NCBI RefSeq assembly: GCF_000015225.1
Contig: NC_008696.1
Span: 1 to 31,504, forward strand
Length of the DNA: 31,504 nucleotides
DNA from: Thermofilum pendens Hrk 5
Lineage (GTDB): Archaea; Thermoproteota; Thermoprotei; Thermofilales; Thermofilaceae
Direction of reading: 5' to 3'
Below are positions 28,873 through 31,504 of the stretch, in pieces. Made by a program: the position numbers and the translations under genes. The notes below the pieces were generated by a model that saw nothing but the letters and a program-made list of their open reading frames with translations, searched no databases and was not told where the DNA came from. Each line of letters opens with the position of its first letter. Position 1 is the stretch's first letter.

Positions 28873-29591
28873 AAACCCTCCTCTTTTTCTCCCCCTTCTT
28901 CCTCCTCGCCCAACTCCTCCAAGTCCACCTCCTCGAACTCGGGCTCCCCTTCTTCTCCGCCCCCCTCGGGATTAGCCACAAAATTTTGTGGCTTTTCGCG
29001 GGGGAGCCGCGGCTTGACGGGCACGGGGGGAGGCGGGGGCTTGACCTCTACCGGTTGAAGGGGCACCTCGACGACCTCGGGCTTCAAGCCCTGAACCCTC
29101 GAGACGTAGTAGAGGTAGGGGTCGTTGTCCGGCGTGAAGTAGCCGCTAGCCACGTAGCCAAGCTGTGGAGCCACGTAGAACGAGTTTCTCCGAGCCAGTA
29201 TAGCCCTGAAATCGCCCCGCCACACCAAGTGCCCCGTCACCACGGTGTCCTCGCCCGGTCTAAGCCTCGCAAGCTCGCCTCTCAGGTAGCTGAACGAGGG
29301 GTCTCTGAACCTGATTCGGGGGTTGAACCTCAGCAATTCGAAGACGGTGAACGCGAAGGCAGGGTCAACGTCCACAGGAAACTCCAGTATGAAGGTGCAC
29401 CTCCTGTTCAACCTGCTGAGAATGGCTAAGCTGTGGAGGTCTGAGACGTCGTGTATCAACACCACGTACTCGCCCATCGGCAGAACCTTGGGGCTCAGGT
29501 CGTTGAGCCAAGCCACCACGTCCCTCCCAGCCGCCACGTCCGCGTCAGTCTCCCACTTGACCCTCGTGACCGGTCTCCTGTCCGCGCTCAC
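28869..29591 (-). CDS. Hypothetical protein (240 aa) with a Pro-rich then acidic tail
   Basis: The GTG start is preceded by GGAGGT at a 7-nt spacing. A palindrome copy lies in frame in the tail (EKPQNFVANP). Confidence 0.65.
   Translation of the reverse strand: MSADRRPVTRVKWETDADVAAGRDVVAWLNDLSPKVLPMGEYVVLIHDVSDLHSLAILSRLNRRCTFILEFPVDVDPAFAFTVFELLRFNPRIRFRDPSFSYLRGELARLRPGEDTVVTGHLVWRGDFRAILARRNSFYVAPQLGYVASGYFTPDNDPYLYYVSRVQGLKPEVVEVPLQPVEVKPPPPPVPVKPRLPREKPQNFVANPEGGGEEGEPEFEEVDLEELGEEEEGGEKEEGF
28976..28991. promoter_or_regulatory. Palindrome box copy (perfect) inside a CDS tail
   Basis: In frame in 28869..29591, encoding PQNFV. The flank is ATTAGCC. Confidence 0.8.
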
Positions 29592-29695
29592 GTAGTAGAC
29601 CTCCTGTATCCCAGCCCCGGGTATGTAGCCGTGCCTGCCGAACGGCTCCTTTATGAAGGACTTGAAGTACCCGGGGGGTAAACCCTCGACTATGA

Positions 29696-30157
29696 CTAGC
29701 GCCGTCTCCCACCACCCCTCCCCTTCTTCTTGGGCTTAGCCTCCTCCTCTTCCTCACCCCTCTCCTTTTCGGGCTTCCTAGGCCTCAAGGGCAGACGGAC
29801 GTCCGTACCGTAGAGGAGGGAGCTGAGCGCCACGTGTATCTTCGTCTCGTCCATGTCCGGCGGCAGTCCCGGTAGCACCCTGATGTGCTCGGGCATGCTC
29901 ACTATGACCGTGGGGGTCTTGACTCCCGCCACGGTTCTGAGACCGCCCTCCGCAATCCTTTCAAGCCGCTCGCGCTCCGAGAGGTACAGGTAGAAGGCTG
30001 TGACAAGCTGTAGCTCGTCCTCGACGTCTATGCTCAGCCTCTCGGCGTGGCTCCTCCACAGCGCCCTAAACGAGTAGCTGTTCTCCAAGGCGTACTTGCA
30101 GTGGGGGCACTCAGACCCCACCACGACGTAGACTTTACCCGAAGGGGGCTTCGGCAC
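29696..30157 (-). CDS. Thioredoxin-fold protein with CPHC active-site motif and a Lys/Arg/Glu-rich tail (153 aa)
   Basis: KVYVVVGSECPHCKYA (strand then CxxC at the helix start), followed later by KTPTVIV (cis-Pro loop position). Confidence 0.7.
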   Translation of the reverse strand: MPKPPSGKVYVVVGSECPHCKYALENSYSFRALWRSHAERLSIDVEDELQLVTAFYLYLSERERLERIAEGGLRTVAGVKTPTVIVSMPEHIRVLPGLPPDMDETKIHVALSSLLYGTDVRLPLRPRKPEKERGEEEEEAKPKKKGRGGGRRR

Positions 30158-30653
30158 CTCCCACCACCTCTATGACCTTGGTGACGCTACGCGTGAAGCT
30201 GTAAGCCTGCCTAGCGCTGGTCACTACGATTTGGAGTTCAGCGAGGAGGTTCTCGGGAGGCATCACCACCGTGTTACCCGAGATGTTGACCTGAATAACG
30301 GTGGCGCTAGCCTTCCCCCTCAGCAGTGTGGTCTTGACCCACTCCCTCGTAAACGGGTCTGAGCCGGCTACGTTACCCAAGCACTCCGAGGACACGCGCT
30401 CGAAGATTTCGAGTATCTCGATGACGGCTCGCTTAGCCTCATCGCTCAGCTGTGTAGTCTTGGCGAAGGTCAGCACGGCGTGCCTACCCCTGTATACCAC
30501 CTCGCCCGTGGGGGGAGTCCCCAGCAACTTGTTAATCACGGCGCTCAGGCTCAGCACGGCTAGCTGAGGCGTGGGAGGGTTGTTACGGGAGACGTCCTGC
30601 TCCACGAAATGGAGTAGCTCCTGCATCCTGTCCAGAAGCTCCTCAAGCTCCAT
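30135..30653 (-). CDS. Hypothetical protein (172 aa)
   Basis: The ORF lies 8 nt downstream of the integrase stop and overlaps the next gene by 23 nt. Confidence 0.6.
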   Translation of the reverse strand: MELEELLDRMQELLHFVEQDVSRNNPPTPQLAVLSLSAVINKLLGTPPTGEVVYRGRHAVLTFAKTTQLSDEAKRAVIEILEIFERVSSECLGNVAGSDPFTREWVKTTLLRGKASATVIQVNISGNTVVMPPENLLAELQIVVTSARQAYSFTRSVTKVIEVVGGAEAPFG

Positions 30654-30661
30654 AAAGACAC

Positions 30662-31498
30662 CTACAGCTTTATCGTCAGGGCAGAGTCTATGGCGTCCAC
30701 CATTCTCGCTACATCGACCTTTGTATATACTTGAGTCGTTGTTAGCTGAGCATGACCCAGTAGCGTCTGAATCGTCCTGATGTCAACCCCGTTGTTCAAC
30801 AGGAGAGTAGCGTAGGTGTGCCTCAGCGTGTGGGGAGTCACGCGTTGAAGACCCGCGCGCCTAGCCACCCTTGAGACCAAGTGCTGTATGCTCCTAGCGC
30901 TTACCGGCTTATCGGGGTCTAACGGGCTGGGAAAGATGTAGCCAGCCCTACCCGTGCACCTCGCCTTGATAATCTCGACTACGTCCTTCGTCAGCGGTAC
31001 AAGCCTGACCTTGTCACCTTTGCCCCTGACCCTCAGCATGTACCTGCCATCGCCCACCACCAGCACGTCCTCGCACCTGCTGTGCACGAACTCGCTTACC
31101 CTCAGCCCCGTCTTCAACAGGAATACTATGACCTCGCGCTCGGCTGGGCTAGCCACTGACAACAGCTTCCTGACGTCCTCGGTTCCCAGTGCTTTGGGGA
31201 CGGACTCGGGCTTCTTAACCGGTGGCAGAGTCCAAGGCAGACCGGCGAACTTGTGGAAGCCCCTGAGCACGACGTACGCGGTTCTGATGCTAGTCCTCTT
31301 TTCCCAGCCGTTCTTTTCGAGCCACGAGATGAACGCGGCTGGGTCAGGCTTACCCGTATCCTCTACGAACTTGGCGTACGCGAACAGCACGCTCGCGTAG
31401 GTCTTGTACGTGTTGTGGCTCCTAAGCGCCTTGACTACTCCCAGATAGTTCTCCACCAGCGCCCTGATGTCCTCCGGCTTTGCCACCGCCTCTTGCAC
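30662..31498 (-). CDS. int: Tyrosine recombinase/integrase (XerC/D-like, 278 aa)
   Basis: It has a SAM-like N-terminal domain. The catalytic signature is present: TGLRVSE (Arg I), HTLRHTYAT (H-x-x-R), LLGHAQLTTTQVY (His/Tyr). Confidence 0.9.
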   Translation of the reverse strand: MQEAVAKPEDIRALVENYLGVVKALRSHNTYKTYASVLFAYAKFVEDTGKPDPAAFISWLEKNGWEKRTSIRTAYVVLRGFHKFAGLPWTLPPVKKPESVPKALGTEDVRKLLSVASPAEREVIVFLLKTGLRVSEFVHSRCEDVLVVGDGRYMLRVRGKGDKVRLVPLTKDVVEIIKARCTGRAGYIFPSPLDPDKPVSARSIQHLVSRVARRAGLQRVTPHTLRHTYATLLLNNGVDIRTIQTLLGHAQLTTTQVYTKVDVARMVDAIDSALTIKL

Positions 31499-31504
31499 GG
31501 CTCA

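Larger units (their letters stand above)
1..31504. mobile_element. Integrative archaeal virus/plasmid-like element (whole window; possibly a complete circular replicon)
   Basis: Tyrosine recombinase, helicase plus repeat-dense origin-like region, secreted structural-type proteins. No housekeeping genes. Archaeal promoter geometry throughout. Many ORFs without a recognisable family. Confidence 0.6.

Noticed and set aside
4286-28991. The palindrome copies interpreted as MITE or IS termini, or as a restriction-site relic.
   Set aside because: There are no paired terminal repeats enclosing short units, no target-site duplications and no transposase. The 16-24-bp length and the fixed positions relative to stops and TATA boxes fit a regulatory or terminator role better.
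29592-29731. A 46-codon open, protein-like in-frame extension (…ALVIVEGLPPGYFKSFIKEPFGRHGYIPGAGIQEVYY) upstream of the GTG start of 28869..29591. It has no ATG, GTG or TTG, which suggested a -1 frameshift fusion with the thioredoxin-fold gene.
   Set aside because: The GTG at 29591 has a strong GGAGGT 7 nt upstream. I found no X-XXY-YYZ slippery heptamer in the overlap. A 46-codon stop-free run is not unusual in GC-rich DNA. It would still be worth a look if proteomics finds peptides from this stretch.

Overview
This is a GC-rich (about 58-60% by eye), almost fully coding 31.5-kb window. I found no rRNA, tRNA or CRISPR array. The signals point to an integrative virus- or plasmid-like element of a hyperthermophilic, crenarchaeal-type archaeon, possibly a complete circular replicon. 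Those signals are TATA/BRE-like boxes 20-35 nt from start codons, leaderless first genes, GGAGG-led or 4-nt-overlapping (ATGA/GTGA/TTGA) internal genes, oligo-T tracts after stops, and Glu/Lys/Arg/Val-rich proteins. I call about 55 CDS, and most have no family I can recognise. Recognisable ones are a tyrosine recombinase (30662..31498), a CPHC thioredoxin-fold protein, and an SF2 DExH helicase (20180..22081) next to a ~580-bp repeat-dense non-coding region (putative origin). Also recognisable are a TGT/DpdA-like DNA transglycosylase candidate (25066..25848), a CPBP/Abi-family intramembrane protease inside a membrane-protein operon, an RHH regulator, several HTH/Zn-ribbon proteins, three large secreted sequon-rich proteins and four tandem paralogues. 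The most unusual signals are non-coding. (1) There are 14 copies of the 16-bp palindrome CCACAAAATTTTGTGG at transcription-unit boundaries, two of which bracket the RHH gene as a perfect 27-bp inverted repeat. (2) Five copies of a ~50-nt promoter block and three conserved 3' blocks frame unrelated genes like cassettes. (3) Imperfect 98-nt inverted repeats bracket the helicase/origin module. All functional statements come from reading motifs only; no database search was possible.
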